Part shown: positions 21,092 to 29,807 of the stretch, piece after piece | Layout: each line of letters begins with the position of its first letter | Position numbering within the stretch: position 1 is the first letter of the stretch | DNA from: Candidatus Omnitrophota bacterium | GTDB taxonomy: Bacteria > Ratteibacteria > UBA8468 > B48-G9 > JAFGKM01 | Reading direction: 5' to 3' | Length of the DNA stretch: 32,672 nt | Assembly: GCA_023818745.1 (NCBI GenBank) | Contig: JAMWBY010000003.1 | Span: 1 to 32,672, forward strand | The notes under the pieces: generated by a model | Told to the model about the DNA's origin: nothing | Databases searched by the model: none | What the model saw: only the letters and a program-made list of their open reading frames with translations | Position numbers and translations under genes: made by a program

Positions 21092-22276
21092 ATGAGAAAT
21101 ACAACATTTTTAAAAACCAAGGAAGCAATTTCTACAATTATTTTTTTTGGAATAGTAAGCCTATTTGGTGATATTATTTACGAAGGAATAAGAAGTATAA
21201 ATGGTCCTTTCCTTTATTCTCTTGGTGCAAGTGCTTTAATAGTAGGGTTTTTTTCAGGTTTTGGGGAGTTTTTAACTTATATTTTAAGATTTTTATCAGG
21301 TTATTTTATTGATAAAAAAAGGAATTACTGGTTATTTACAATTACAGGATATTTTTTAATATGCAGTTTACCTTTACTTGCATATGTTAAAATATGGCAG
21401 ATTGCAATTTTTTTGTTTTTGGTTGAAAGAATTGGCAAAGGAATAAGAACACCTGCAAGAGACACTCTTATTTCTTTTGCAGGTAAAAATATTGGTTATG
21501 GTAAAAGTTTTGGAATCCATGAGTTATTAGACCAGATTGGAGCAGTCTTAGGCCCTTTAATTTTTTATTTCATTCTTTCAAAATATAAAAATTATTCCAT
21601 TGCATTTAAGTTAATGTGGATACCATTTATTTTTCTTATTGCTTCCCTTATTTTGGCCAAGAAAAACTATAAAATCATAATTGAAAAAAACAACTATGAA
21701 ATGCAAAGAACTAAAGTAAAATTGAATAAATCTTTTGTATTATATATTCTTTTTATATTGTTTTCTGTAGCGGGTGTAATCAACTTTCCCATTATATCAT
21801 ATCATTTTGCAATTAAAGGAAATATGGGATTATCGGAAATTCCAATTTTATATATGATTGCGATGGGAATAGATGGAATCGTCTCTTTTTTTATAGGTGA
21901 TTTATATGATAGAGTTAGATTTAAAACATTATATTTTATTCCATTTTTAACAGTTTTATTATCAGTTTTTGTTTTATCTTTAAATTTTTACTTTTTGCTG
22001 ATGGGGATTATAATTTATGGAATTATTATTGGGTGTCATGAAACAATTTTAAGAGCAACTATTGCAGAAATTATTCCCTTTGAGAAAAGAGGTTTTGCAT
22101 ATGGAGTTTTTAATAGTATTTATGGATTTGGATTTTTCATTGGAGGGTGGCTTATTGGATTTTTATACGAAAAAAATTTAAGTTATATTCTATTTTATGT
22201 AATATGTATTGAAATTATCTCATTTTTGTTTTTATTAACTCTAATAAAAAATGTGGAAAAAATACGGAAGATTTGA
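21092..22276 (+). CDS. Major facilitator superfamily transporter
   Basis: About 12 hydrophobic segments; SGYFIDK, ERIGKGIRTPARD, GKSFGIHELLDQIGAVLGP, GDLYDR, KRGFAYGVFN. Confidence 0.92.
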   Translation: MRNTTFLKTKEAISTIIFFGIVSLFGDIIYEGIRSINGPFLYSLGASALIVGFFSGFGEFLTYILRFLSGYFIDKKRNYWLFTITGYFLICSLPLLAYVKIWQIAIFLFLVERIGKGIRTPARDTLISFAGKNIGYGKSFGIHELLDQIGAVLGPLIFYFILSKYKNYSIAFKLMWIPFIFLIASLILAKKNYKIIIEKNNYEMQRTKVKLNKSFVLYILFILFSVAGVINFPIISYHFAIKGNMGLSEIPILYMIAMGIDGIVSFFIGDLYDRVRFKTLYFIPFLTVLLSVFVLSLNFYFLLMGIIIYGIIIGCHETILRATIAEIIPFEKRGFAYGVFNSIYGFGFFIGGWLIGFLYEKNLSYILFYVICIEIISFLFLLTLIKNVEKIRKI

Positions 22277-22613
22277 ACTGAGTTTGAATAAGGTAGATAT
22301 TAAAAGTATAAAAATTAAAGATGAAACAGGAAAAATGAGAAGATTAAGAGTATGTAGTGTATGGAGTAACTTTTCAAAATTTACAGATATTTCTGCCTTG
22401 GGTTGCTTATGCAAAGACGAAAAGGGTTATATAGGAGTTTTATTAACTGGTAAAAATGGTGGATATGTAAAAATTGGGAAAAATTTTTTAATTTCTCAGA
22501 ACTTGATAGTTCCTTTTAATTCAATAGGAAAACTCAACTTAAAAAAACTTTTAAAGGGTTATGATATTGAACTGATAGAGATTGAGGAAACAATTTATGG
22601 AATAGAAAAATGA
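22251..22613 (+). CDS. Hypothetical protein
   Basis: 120 aa ORF overlapping both neighbours (ATGA coupling to the CCA gene); codon usage like its neighbours; no recognised motif. Confidence 0.65.
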   Translation: MWKKYGRFELSLNKVDIKSIKIKDETGKMRRLRVCSVWSNFSKFTDISALGCLCKDEKGYIGVLLTGKNGGYVKIGKNFLISQNLIVPFNSIGKLNLKKLLKGYDIELIEIEETIYGIEK

Positions 22614-23989
22614 GAAAAAAAATTATACCCGAAGAAATAATAGAAAAAATGAAAGATTTTGCCCTAAGAAAAAATATTCAAGTTTATCTTGTTGGTGGTT
22701 ATATAAGAGATAAGATTATGAAGAAGAAAAATAAGGATATTGATTTTGTAATGGAAGAGGATGCATTGGAGATAGCGGAAGAATTTTCAAAAATGTTTAA
22801 TTTGCCTCAACCTATATTTTACGGAAGATTTGGAACTGCAATGATTGAGATAGAGGATATTAAACTTGAATTTGCAACTGCGAGAAAAGAAAGTTATCCT
22901 AAAAATTCAAGAAAACCCTTTGTTGAAAAAACAACAATTTACCAAGACCTTGAAAGAAGAGATTTTACAATAAACTCTATTGCTCAAAACTTAATTACAG
23001 GAGAAATTTTAGACCCTTTTGATGGGCAAGGAGACATAAAAAGAAAATTAATAAAAACACCGATAGACCCTGATAAAACTTTCTATGATGACCCTTTAAG
23101 AATTTTAAGAGGAATTAGATTTGCTACAAAATTTAAATTTAAAATTGAAGAAAATACTTTGATTGGAATGAAAAAAAATAAGGATAGAATAAAGATAGTA
23201 AGTGAAGAAAGGATTGCTGATGAAATAATAAAAATACTTGAATGTTCAACTCCTTCAATTGGTTTTGAAGTAATGGATGAGATTGAACTTCTTGATATTA
23301 TTTTACCAGAAATTGCAAATTTAAAAGAAAAAAGAACCCACCACCCTTGTAAAGAACTTTTTCCCCATACAATGAAAACACTTGATAATTGTGCAAAAAT
23401 GACAAAAAATGTTTATATAAGATTGGCTTGTTTACTTCATGATATTGGCAAACCATATACTTTAAAAATAGAAAATGGCAAAGTTAGTTTCCATAGACAT
23501 GAGTTTGTTGGAGAGAAAATGAGTTACAATGTTTGTAGAAGATTAAAAATAAGTGAAGAAAATGCAAGATTTATAGGAAAGCTTATAAGATTTCATTTAA
23601 GACCTCATTTACTTGCAAAGGAAAACCCAAGCGATAGTGCTTTAAGAAGATTTATAAGAGAAGTGGGAAAGGATATGAAAGCACTTTTTATTCTTGCAAA
23701 AAGCGATTTAACAAGCAGAAATCCTAAGAAAATCAAGGATGCACTTGAACGCCTTAATAAACTTGAAGATAGAATAAAGGAAATAAACAGGAAAGATAAA
23801 CTCTCTTCTTTTAAATTGGCTATAAATGGTTTTGATATTATGGAAATTTTAAAAATTCCATCTGGGAAAAAAGTTGGCATAATAAAAGATTATCTTGAAA
23901 ATCTTGTAATTGATAATCAATTGCAAAATAAAAAAAGAATATTGAAGAAATATCTAATTGAAAATACTGATAAACTTTTGAATTTATAG
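22610..23989 (+). CDS. cca: CCA tRNA nucleotidyltransferase (class II) with HD domain
   Basis: YLVGGYIRD..DIDF, FGTA, EFATARKESY...RKP (flexible loop present), DLERRDFTINSI, DPFDG..D, DDPLRILRGIRF, LLHDIGKP. Confidence 0.88.
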   Translation: MRKKIIPEEIIEKMKDFALRKNIQVYLVGGYIRDKIMKKKNKDIDFVMEEDALEIAEEFSKMFNLPQPIFYGRFGTAMIEIEDIKLEFATARKESYPKNSRKPFVEKTTIYQDLERRDFTINSIAQNLITGEILDPFDGQGDIKRKLIKTPIDPDKTFYDDPLRILRGIRFATKFKFKIEENTLIGMKKNKDRIKIVSEERIADEIIKILECSTPSIGFEVMDEIELLDIILPEIANLKEKRTHHPCKELFPHTMKTLDNCAKMTKNVYIRLACLLHDIGKPYTLKIENGKVSFHRHEFVGEKMSYNVCRRLKISEENARFIGKLIRFHLRPHLLAKENPSDSALRRFIREVGKDMKALFILAKSDLTSRNPKKIKDALERLNKLEDRIKEINRKDKLSSFKLAINGFDIMEILKIPSGKKVGIIKDYLENLVIDNQLQNKKRILKKYLIENTDKLLNL

Positions 23990-23994
23990 ATTAA

Positions 23995-24023
23995 TTGAAA
24001 AAATTCTACAGAAATAATAAAAT
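23995..24023 (+). promoter_or_regulatory. Possible internal sigma70 promoter upstream of the HIT-EndoQ genes
   Basis: TTGAAA(23995-24000)-17 nt-TAAAAT(24018-24023). Confidence 0.4.
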
Positions 24024-24028
24024 AGAAA

Positions 24029-24094
24029 ATGAAAAGCAAAGTTTTAAAAAAATTTCCTATTTTTACATTACTTGAATTAGAAGAAAATGGATGA
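24029..24094 (+). CDS. Candidate 21-aa upstream ORF MKSKVLKKFPIFTLLELEENG
   Basis: ATG 5 nt after the predicted -10; its stop overlaps the HIT start (ATGGATGA). Confidence 0.25.
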   Translation: MKSKVLKKFPIFTLLELEENG

Positions 24095-24590
24095 AAAAAA
24101 TATATTGTGGGCTCCATGGAGAATGGGTTACATTCTTAAAATAAAAAAAGATATTTGTTTCCTTTGTCAGGAATATAACTCTTCTAAAACTAAATATATA
24201 GTTTATAAAGGGAAATATAGTTTCATTGTATTAAATATTTTTCCTTACAACAATGGACATCTTATGATTTCTCCTATAAGACATATTAAAAATATAGAAG
24301 ACCTAAGTAATGAAGAATTTCACGAAATCTGGAATTTAATAGTAAGTTCTATTAGAGCATTGAAAAAAATTTTGAAGCCAGAGGGATTCAATATAGGACT
24401 AAATATTGGTAAGGTTTCTGGAGCAGGATTGGAAGACCATTTACATATCCATATAGTTCCGAGATGGCAAGGTGATACAAATTTTATGCCGGTTATTTCA
24501 AATACAAAAGTTATTCCTCAATCATTAAATGAAATTGCGAAAATTTTGAAGAAGGAATTTAAAAAGGAAATCAAAAATGTATATCGCTGA
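24087..24590 (+). CDS. HIT-family protein, Ap4A phosphorylase/hydrolase type
   Basis: LWAPWRMGYI, CFLC, LNIFPYNNGHLMI, GFNIGLNIGKVSGAG, HLHIHIVPRW.GDTNFMPV. Confidence 0.9.
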   Translation: MDEKNILWAPWRMGYILKIKKDICFLCQEYNSSKTKYIVYKGKYSFIVLNIFPYNNGHLMISPIRHIKNIEDLSNEEFHEIWNLIVSSIRALKKILKPEGFNIGLNIGKVSGAGLEDHLHIHIVPRWQGDTNFMPVISNTKVIPQSLNEIAKILKKEFKKEIKNVYR

Positions 24591-25797
24591 TTTTCACATT
24601 CATTCAAAATTTAGTAGAGCAACAAGTAAAGATATGGAACTTGATGGACTTGTAAAATGGGCTAAATATAAAGGGATAAATCTTCTTGGCACTGGAGATA
24701 TTACTCATTTTTATTGGTTCCATGAATTAAAAAGAAATTTAAAGGAGACAGAAAGATTTGGGATTTATGAATATGGAGGAATTGATTTTATTTTAACAGG
24801 AGAAGTGTGTAATATTTTTGAATACCGTGGAATTACTAAAAGAATACATAATATAATCTTTATTTCAAATGTAGAAAAAGTTGAAAAATTTAATAGAGAT
24901 ATTGAAAAGTATGGTGATTTAAATGCGGATGGAAGACCAATGTTACAACTTTCTGCAAAAGAACTTGTAAAAATTTTAAAGGATATAGATGAATTTAGTT
25001 TTGTTGTTCCTGCTCATATTTGGACCCCTCACTTTTCTCTTTTCGGTTCTAATTCTGGTTTTGATGAAATTGAAGATTGTTTTGAAGAACTTACGGATGA
25101 GATATTTGCGCTTGAAACTGGATTAAGTAGTGACCCTGAGATGAACTGGCGACTATCAAAACTTGACAGATTTTCTTTAATTTCAAATTCAGATGCTCAT
25201 TCTCCCTCAAAAATAGGAAGAGAAGCAAATATATTTTTTGATAAGTTTGATTTTAAACAACTTATAGATATATTAAAAAGTAAAAATTTCAAGATGACAG
25301 TGGAGTATTTTCCTGAAGAAGGAAAGTATCATTATGATGGACATAGAAATTGTAATGTTTGTTTCTCTCCTCAGGAAACAAGAAAAAATAATTTTATATG
25401 TCCTATTTGTGGCAGAAAAGTAACAGTTGGAGTGATGCACAGAGTAGAAGAACTTGCTGATAGAAAACCAAATGAAAAACCGAAAAAATATGTTCCATTT
25501 AAAAAAATTGTTCCTCTTGACCAGATAATAAGTAGTGTAATAAACAAAGAAATTTCTTCCCAAATAGTTCAGAAGACATACTTTGAAATTATAAATAAAG
25601 TTGGTTCAGAGTTTTATATACTCTTAGATGCAAGTGAAAAAGAGATTGAAGAACAAATTGATATTAAAATTTGTGAAGGAATTAAAAAAGTAAGAAAAGG
25701 ACAGGTAAATATAAAACCTGGTTATGATGGAGAATTTGGTAAAGTTGAAATACCTTTAGATTTAAACACAAAAGAAGAACAACAGTCCCTCTTCTAA
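24577..25797 (+). CDS. Endonuclease Q family protein (PHP domain plus Zn finger; TIGR00375-like)
   Basis: DFHIHSKFSRATS, GTGD, PAHIWTP, ETGLSSD, SNSDAHS, GKYH...HRNC..C, CPICG...GVMHRV.ELADR, PGYDGEFG. Confidence 0.9.
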   Translation: MYIADFHIHSKFSRATSKDMELDGLVKWAKYKGINLLGTGDITHFYWFHELKRNLKETERFGIYEYGGIDFILTGEVCNIFEYRGITKRIHNIIFISNVEKVEKFNRDIEKYGDLNADGRPMLQLSAKELVKILKDIDEFSFVVPAHIWTPHFSLFGSNSGFDEIEDCFEELTDEIFALETGLSSDPEMNWRLSKLDRFSLISNSDAHSPSKIGREANIFFDKFDFKQLIDILKSKNFKMTVEYFPEEGKYHYDGHRNCNVCFSPQETRKNNFICPICGRKVTVGVMHRVEELADRKPNEKPKKYVPFKKIVPLDQIISSVINKEISSQIVQKTYFEIINKVGSEFYILLDASEKEIEEQIDIKICEGIKKVRKGQVNIKPGYDGEFGKVEIPLDLNTKEEQQSLF

Positions 25798-26036
25798 AAA
25801 TTATAATGAAAAATTTTAAAATCCTTGTAGTTAGTAGTATAAATTCCTTTTTAGAGTTTAAACCATTTTTGATAGAAGATGAGGAAAAATCATATATTCT
25901 ATTAATGACATTTTTTGTGTGCAATCAAAATTTTTTCAGGAAAGAAAATGGTAGGTAAAAAAATTAGGTTGTAAAAAAACTCATTTTTTGAGACCATGTC
26001 TAAGAAAAATTAGGTTAAAAGTTTCTTTTTGTGAAA

Positions 26037-26066
26037 TTGACATATTTAAATTTAAAAAGTTAAAAT
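26037..26066 (+). promoter_or_regulatory. sigma70 promoter of the GMP synthase B-hisH-hisF-epimerase unit
   Basis: TTGACA(26037-26042)-18 nt-TAAAAT(26061-26066); SD GGAGG before ATG 26089. Confidence 0.65.
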
Positions 26067-26088
26067 AAAAATAAAATGGGAGGATAAA

Positions 26089-27027
26089 ATGGCTAAATTC
26101 AGTCCTAAAAAATTTATAAAAGAAAGTGTTAATGAGTTAAGAAAAAAAATAAAAGACAAAAGGGCTTTAGTTGCAACTTCTGGTGGAGTTGATAGTACTG
26201 TTTGTGCTATTCTATCAAAAATGGCGATTGGCGATAAATTAGTTGTTTTTTTTATTGATGATGGTTTAATGAGAGAAAAAGAACCAGAACAAGTCAGAGA
26301 TTTTTTAGCAACAAAAGGAATAAACTTGGAAATCTGGAATGTTGAAGATACATTTTTTGAAGCATTGAAAGGCAAAACTGACCCTGAAGAAAAAAGGAAG
26401 GCATTCAGAGACACGTTTTATAAAATATTGAGTCAAGCAGTAAGAAGTTATTCTGTAGATTTTTTAATTCAAGGAACTATAGCAGCAGATATCGTTGAAA
26501 CCCAAAAAGGCATAAAGACACAACACAATGTTCTTTCTCAAATTGGAGTGAATCCTGCTTTTTATGGTTTAACAATAATTGAACCATTAAGAGAACTTTA
26601 CAAAAATCAGGTAAGACAGGTTGCTAAGGTACTTGGATTACCTAAAAAAATATATGATAGAAAGCCATTTCCTGGTCCTGGATTAGCAACGAGAGTTATA
26701 GGAGAAGTAACAAGGGACAGGGTGGAGAAAATAAGGATTGCTACAAAAATAGTAGAAGAAGAACTTATAGAAAAAAATATTTTTCAAGCATTCCCAGTAT
26801 TATTTTCAGATAAAGCAACAGGTATAGTTGATGGTAAAAGATTGTTAGGAGATATAATTGCAATTAGAGCTGTTAAATCTGAAGATGCTTTAACTGCTCA
26901 ACCAGTAAAAATTTTGTGGAAAAGATTATACAAAATAAGAGATAGGATTTTAAAAGAAGTTCCTGGTGTTGTGAAAGTTTTATATGATATAACTCCTAAA
27001 CCACCGAGTACAATTGAATATATTTAG
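26089..27027 (+). CDS. guaAB: GMP synthase subunit B (ATP pyrophosphatase plus dimerisation domain only; archaeal-type split form)
   Basis: PP-loop SGGVDS near the N-terminus; DPEEKRK, QGTIAAD, IKTQHNV, EPLRELYK..VR, PFPGPGLA.R, YDITPKPPSTIEY. 312 aa with no glutaminase domain. Confidence 0.9.
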   Translation: MAKFSPKKFIKESVNELRKKIKDKRALVATSGGVDSTVCAILSKMAIGDKLVVFFIDDGLMREKEPEQVRDFLATKGINLEIWNVEDTFFEALKGKTDPEEKRKAFRDTFYKILSQAVRSYSVDFLIQGTIAADIVETQKGIKTQHNVLSQIGVNPAFYGLTIIEPLRELYKNQVRQVAKVLGLPKKIYDRKPFPGPGLATRVIGEVTRDRVEKIRIATKIVEEELIEKNIFQAFPVLFSDKATGIVDGKRLLGDIIAIRAVKSEDALTAQPVKILWKRLYKIRDRILKEVPGVVKVLYDITPKPPSTIEYI

Positions 27028-27058
27028 TCGTTTCAAAAGTTAAAAGGAAAAACAAAAA

Positions 27059-27667
27059 GTGATTGGAATTATAAAGTATGGTAGTGGAAATATATATAGT
27101 GTTTTTTCTACACTTAAATTTTTGGGGAAAGAAGTAGTTTTAGTTGAAAATCCGAAAATATTAGATAAGTTAAATTTTTTGATTCTTCCTGGTGTCGGAA
27201 ATTTTGCTTCAAGTATGGAAAATTTAGAAAAGGGGGGTCTTTTAGAGAAAATAAGATACAAATTAAAAGATGGAATTCCATTTCTTGGTATCTGTTTAGG
27301 ACTTCAACTTTTGTTTGAGTGGAGCGAAGAAGGGGAAAGAGAAGGTTTTGGAATTTTAAAAGGGAAAGTGGTAAAATTTAAAGATAAAAATATAAAGATA
27401 CCTCATATGGGATGGAATAAAGTGAAAATTTTAAAAGAAAGTTTCCTTTTTAAAGATATTAGGGATAATTCATATTTTTATTTTGCACATTCTTATTATG
27501 TAAATACGCAAAAAGAACTTATCATAGGGAAAACAAATTATGGAATTGATTTTCCTTCTGTTATTGTTAAAAAAAATATAGTTGGTGTTCAATTTCATCC
27601 AGAGAAAAGTGGTGAACTTGGATTATTGTTTTTAAAAAATTTTCTGGAGGGAAAATGGTTACAGTGA
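27059..27667 (+). CDS. hisH: Imidazole glycerol phosphate synthase glutaminase subunit
   Basis: GTG start; [27 protein letters not shown] (Cys), [20 protein letters not shown] (His-Glu). Confidence 0.94.
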   Translation: MIGIIKYGSGNIYSVFSTLKFLGKEVVLVENPKILDKLNFLILPGVGNFASSMENLEKGGLLEKIRYKLKDGIPFLGICLGLQLLFEWSEEGEREGFGILKGKVVKFKDKNIKIPHMGWNKVKILKESFLFKDIRDNSYFYFAHSYYVNTQKELIIGKTNYGIDFPSVIVKKNIVGVQFHPEKSGELGLLFLKNFLEGKWLQ

Positions 27668-28419
27668 GAATTATACCATGTCTTGATGTAAAAGATGGAA
27701 AAGTTGTAAAAGGTATTCATTTTGAAAATATTAAAGTTGCAGGAGACCCTGTAGAAAATGCTTCTTTTTATTGTAAAGAAGGAGCAGATGAGATTGTTTT
27801 TCTTGACATTAGTGCAACTATAGAAGGTAGAAAAACAATGGTAGATATTGTAAGAAAAGTTGCAGATGTTGTTTTTATACCTTTTACAGTGGGTGGAGGT
27901 ATTTCCTCTTTAAATGATATAGATAAATTATTATCAAATGGTGCGGATAAAATTTCAATTAATACTGCTGCTGTAAAAAATCCCAAACTGATTGAAGAAT
28001 CAGCAAAAAAATTTGGAAGTCAATGTATAGTAGTTGCAATAGATGCTAAAAAAATAGGAAATAATAAATGGGAAGTTTTTATTGAAGGAGGGAAGACACC
28101 GACAGGATTAGATGTTATAGATTGGGCAAAGAAAACAGTAGATTTAGGAGCAGGCGAAATTTTATTAACAAGTATTGATAGAGACGGGACACAGGATGGA
28201 TACGATATTGAATTGACAAAAACTGTAAGTGAAAGTGTTAAAATTCCTGTTATTGCTTCTGGTGGAGCAGGAAAACTTGAACATCTATATGAAGCAATTG
28301 TCAATGGTAAAGCAAACGCAGTTTTAATTGCATCTCTTTTACATTTTAGAATTTTAACAATTCCTCAAATAAAAAAATATCTCAAATCAAAAGGAATTGA
28401 AGTAAGAGAAATTAAATGA
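27655..28419 (+). CDS. hisF: Imidazole glycerol phosphate synthase cyclase subunit
   Basis: [69 protein letters not shown]. Confidence 0.96.
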   Translation: MVTVRIIPCLDVKDGKVVKGIHFENIKVAGDPVENASFYCKEGADEIVFLDISATIEGRKTMVDIVRKVADVVFIPFTVGGGISSLNDIDKLLSNGADKISINTAAVKNPKLIEESAKKFGSQCIVVAIDAKKIGNNKWEVFIEGGKTPTGLDVIDWAKKTVDLGAGEILLTSIDRDGTQDGYDIELTKTVSESVKIPVIASGGAGKLEHLYEAIVNGKANAVLIASLLHFRILTIPQIKKYLKSKGIEVREIK

Positions 28420-28425
28420 GGCAAT

Positions 28426-29415
28426 ATGGATAATTTTTTGATAACAGGTGGTTGTGGATTTATTGGTTCGTATTTAGCAGAAGAACTTGTAAAACAAAAT
28501 AAAAAAGTTTTTGTTATTGATGACCTTTCGACAGGGAGTTTAAAAAATCTGTCAAATATTATAAATCATAAAAATCTTAACATTTTTATAGATACAATCT
28601 TAAATCAACATTTAATTGAACAACTTATAAAAAAAGTTGATTTTGTATTTCATCTTGCAGCAGTTGTTGGAGTAAAAAAAGTTATGGAAAGCCCTATTGA
28701 CTCTATCATTGTAAATATTGAAGGAACTAAAAATATATTAAAATTCTGTGCCAAACACAGAAAAAAAGTTTTAATTACTTCAACATCTGAAGTTTATGGA
28801 AAGAATGTAAATGTTCCTTTTTCTGAATCTGCAGATATAGTTATTGGTTCAACAAAGAAGAAAAGATGGTCTTATGCCTGTACTAAAGCAATTGATGAGT
28901 TTTTATCTTTTGCTTTTTATGAAGAATATGGATTATCTGTAATAATTGTTAGATTGTTTAATACAGTAGGGGCAAGGCAGACGGAAAGATATGGAATGGT
29001 AATTCCAAGGTTTACAAAACAAGCACTTTCAGGCAATCCCATAACTATTTTTGGTAATGGAGAGCAAACAAGATGTTTTATACATGTAAAAGATGTAATT
29101 TCAACTTTACTAAAATTGATTGATAAAGATGAAAGTTACGGAGATATTTTTAACATTGGGAGTGATGAAGAAATTAAGATAAAAGATCTGGCTTTTCTTA
29201 TTAAAGAAATTACAAAAAGTAATTCAGAAATTAAATTTGTAGATCCAGAAGAGGTTTACAATAAAGGTTTTGAGGATATGGCGAGAAGAATTCCTGATTT
29301 AAGCAAATTAAGGAAAACAATTGATTTTCAACCATGTTATACGATAAAAGACATAATAATTGATGTAGTGGAATATTACAAAAAACAATCTGATTTATTA
29401 CCTTATTTTTGTTAA
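28426..29415 (+). CDS. NAD-dependent NDP-sugar epimerase/dehydratase (extended SDR)
   Basis: LITGGCGFIGS, DDLSTG, FHLAAVVGV, TSTSEVYGK, RWSYACTK (YxxxK), RLFNTVG, QTRCF.HV.D. Confidence 0.92.
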   Translation: MDNFLITGGCGFIGSYLAEELVKQNKKVFVIDDLSTGSLKNLSNIINHKNLNIFIDTILNQHLIEQLIKKVDFVFHLAAVVGVKKVMESPIDSIIVNIEGTKNILKFCAKHRKKVLITSTSEVYGKNVNVPFSESADIVIGSTKKKRWSYACTKAIDEFLSFAFYEEYGLSVIIVRLFNTVGARQTERYGMVIPRFTKQALSGNPITIFGNGEQTRCFIHVKDVISTLLKLIDKDESYGDIFNIGSDEEIKIKDLAFLIKEITKSNSEIKFVDPEEVYNKGFEDMARRIPDLSKLRKTIDFQPCYTIKDIIIDVVEYYKKQSDLLPYFC

Positions 29416-29428
29416 ATGAATATCAACT

Positions 29429-29456
29429 ATTTAATCAATTGAGCAATTAGTTAAAT
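29429..29456. repeat. 28-bp imperfect palindrome, copy 1
   Basis: ATTTAATCAATTGAGCAATTAGTTAAAT; 25/28 identical to 29780-29807. Confidence 0.85.
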
Positions 29457-29462
29457 GTAAAA

Positions 29463-29777
29463 ATGAAAAGAAAAAAAATGCCAGAAAGGGAATATAGGGC
29501 GTCAAGGATATGTAGAGTTTTAGGAAATCCAACAGCATATCAGATAATGAAATTGCTTACATCCAAAGAAAAACTTTCTCCATCTGAAATGAGTAAAAAG
29601 CTTGGTCTTACAATTCCTAACGTTTCAAGAACCCTTAGAAATTTAAGACAAATAGATTTGGTAAGATATGAAACGAAAAATTATATCAAAAAATATTACA
29701 TTAAGGATGAAAGTGTTTTAGAAATTTTTAACAGTTTAGAAAATTATGTTGAAAAAATAAAAGAAAAAAAATTTTAA
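29463..29777 (+). CDS. ArsR/SmtB family winged-HTH transcriptional regulator
   Basis: 104 aa; 'RVLGNPTAYQIMKLL', HTH 'SPSEMSKKLGLTIPNVSRTLRNLRQIDLV', wing 'KYYIKD'. Confidence 0.88.
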   Translation: MKRKKMPEREYRASRICRVLGNPTAYQIMKLLTSKEKLSPSEMSKKLGLTIPNVSRTLRNLRQIDLVRYETKNYIKKYYIKDESVLEIFNSLENYVEKIKEKKF

Positions 29778-29779
29778 TT

Positions 29780-29807
29780 AATTAACCAATTGAGCAATTA
29801 ATTAAAT
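29780..29807. repeat. 28-bp imperfect palindrome, copy 2
   Basis: AATTAACCAATTGAGCAATTAATTAAAT; direct repeat of 29429-29456; its last two bases are the AT of ATG 29806. Confidence 0.85.

Noticed and set aside
25960-26088. Purine riboswitch upstream of GMP synthase
   Set aside because: The predicted promoter leaves only about 15 nt of leader, and no aptamer consensus or stems are visible.
29390-29417. TTTTGTTAAAT (29407-29417), one mismatch from the XerD arm, as the chromosomal dif site
   Set aside because: There is no convincing left arm and it lies mostly inside the epimerase 3' end. It is at most a partial third copy of the nearby repeat.
29429-29807. The two 28-bp repeats as a CRISPR mini-array or IS terminal repeats
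   Set aside because: There are only two copies, the intervening DNA is a whole gene of over 300 bp, and no cas or transposase gene is present.
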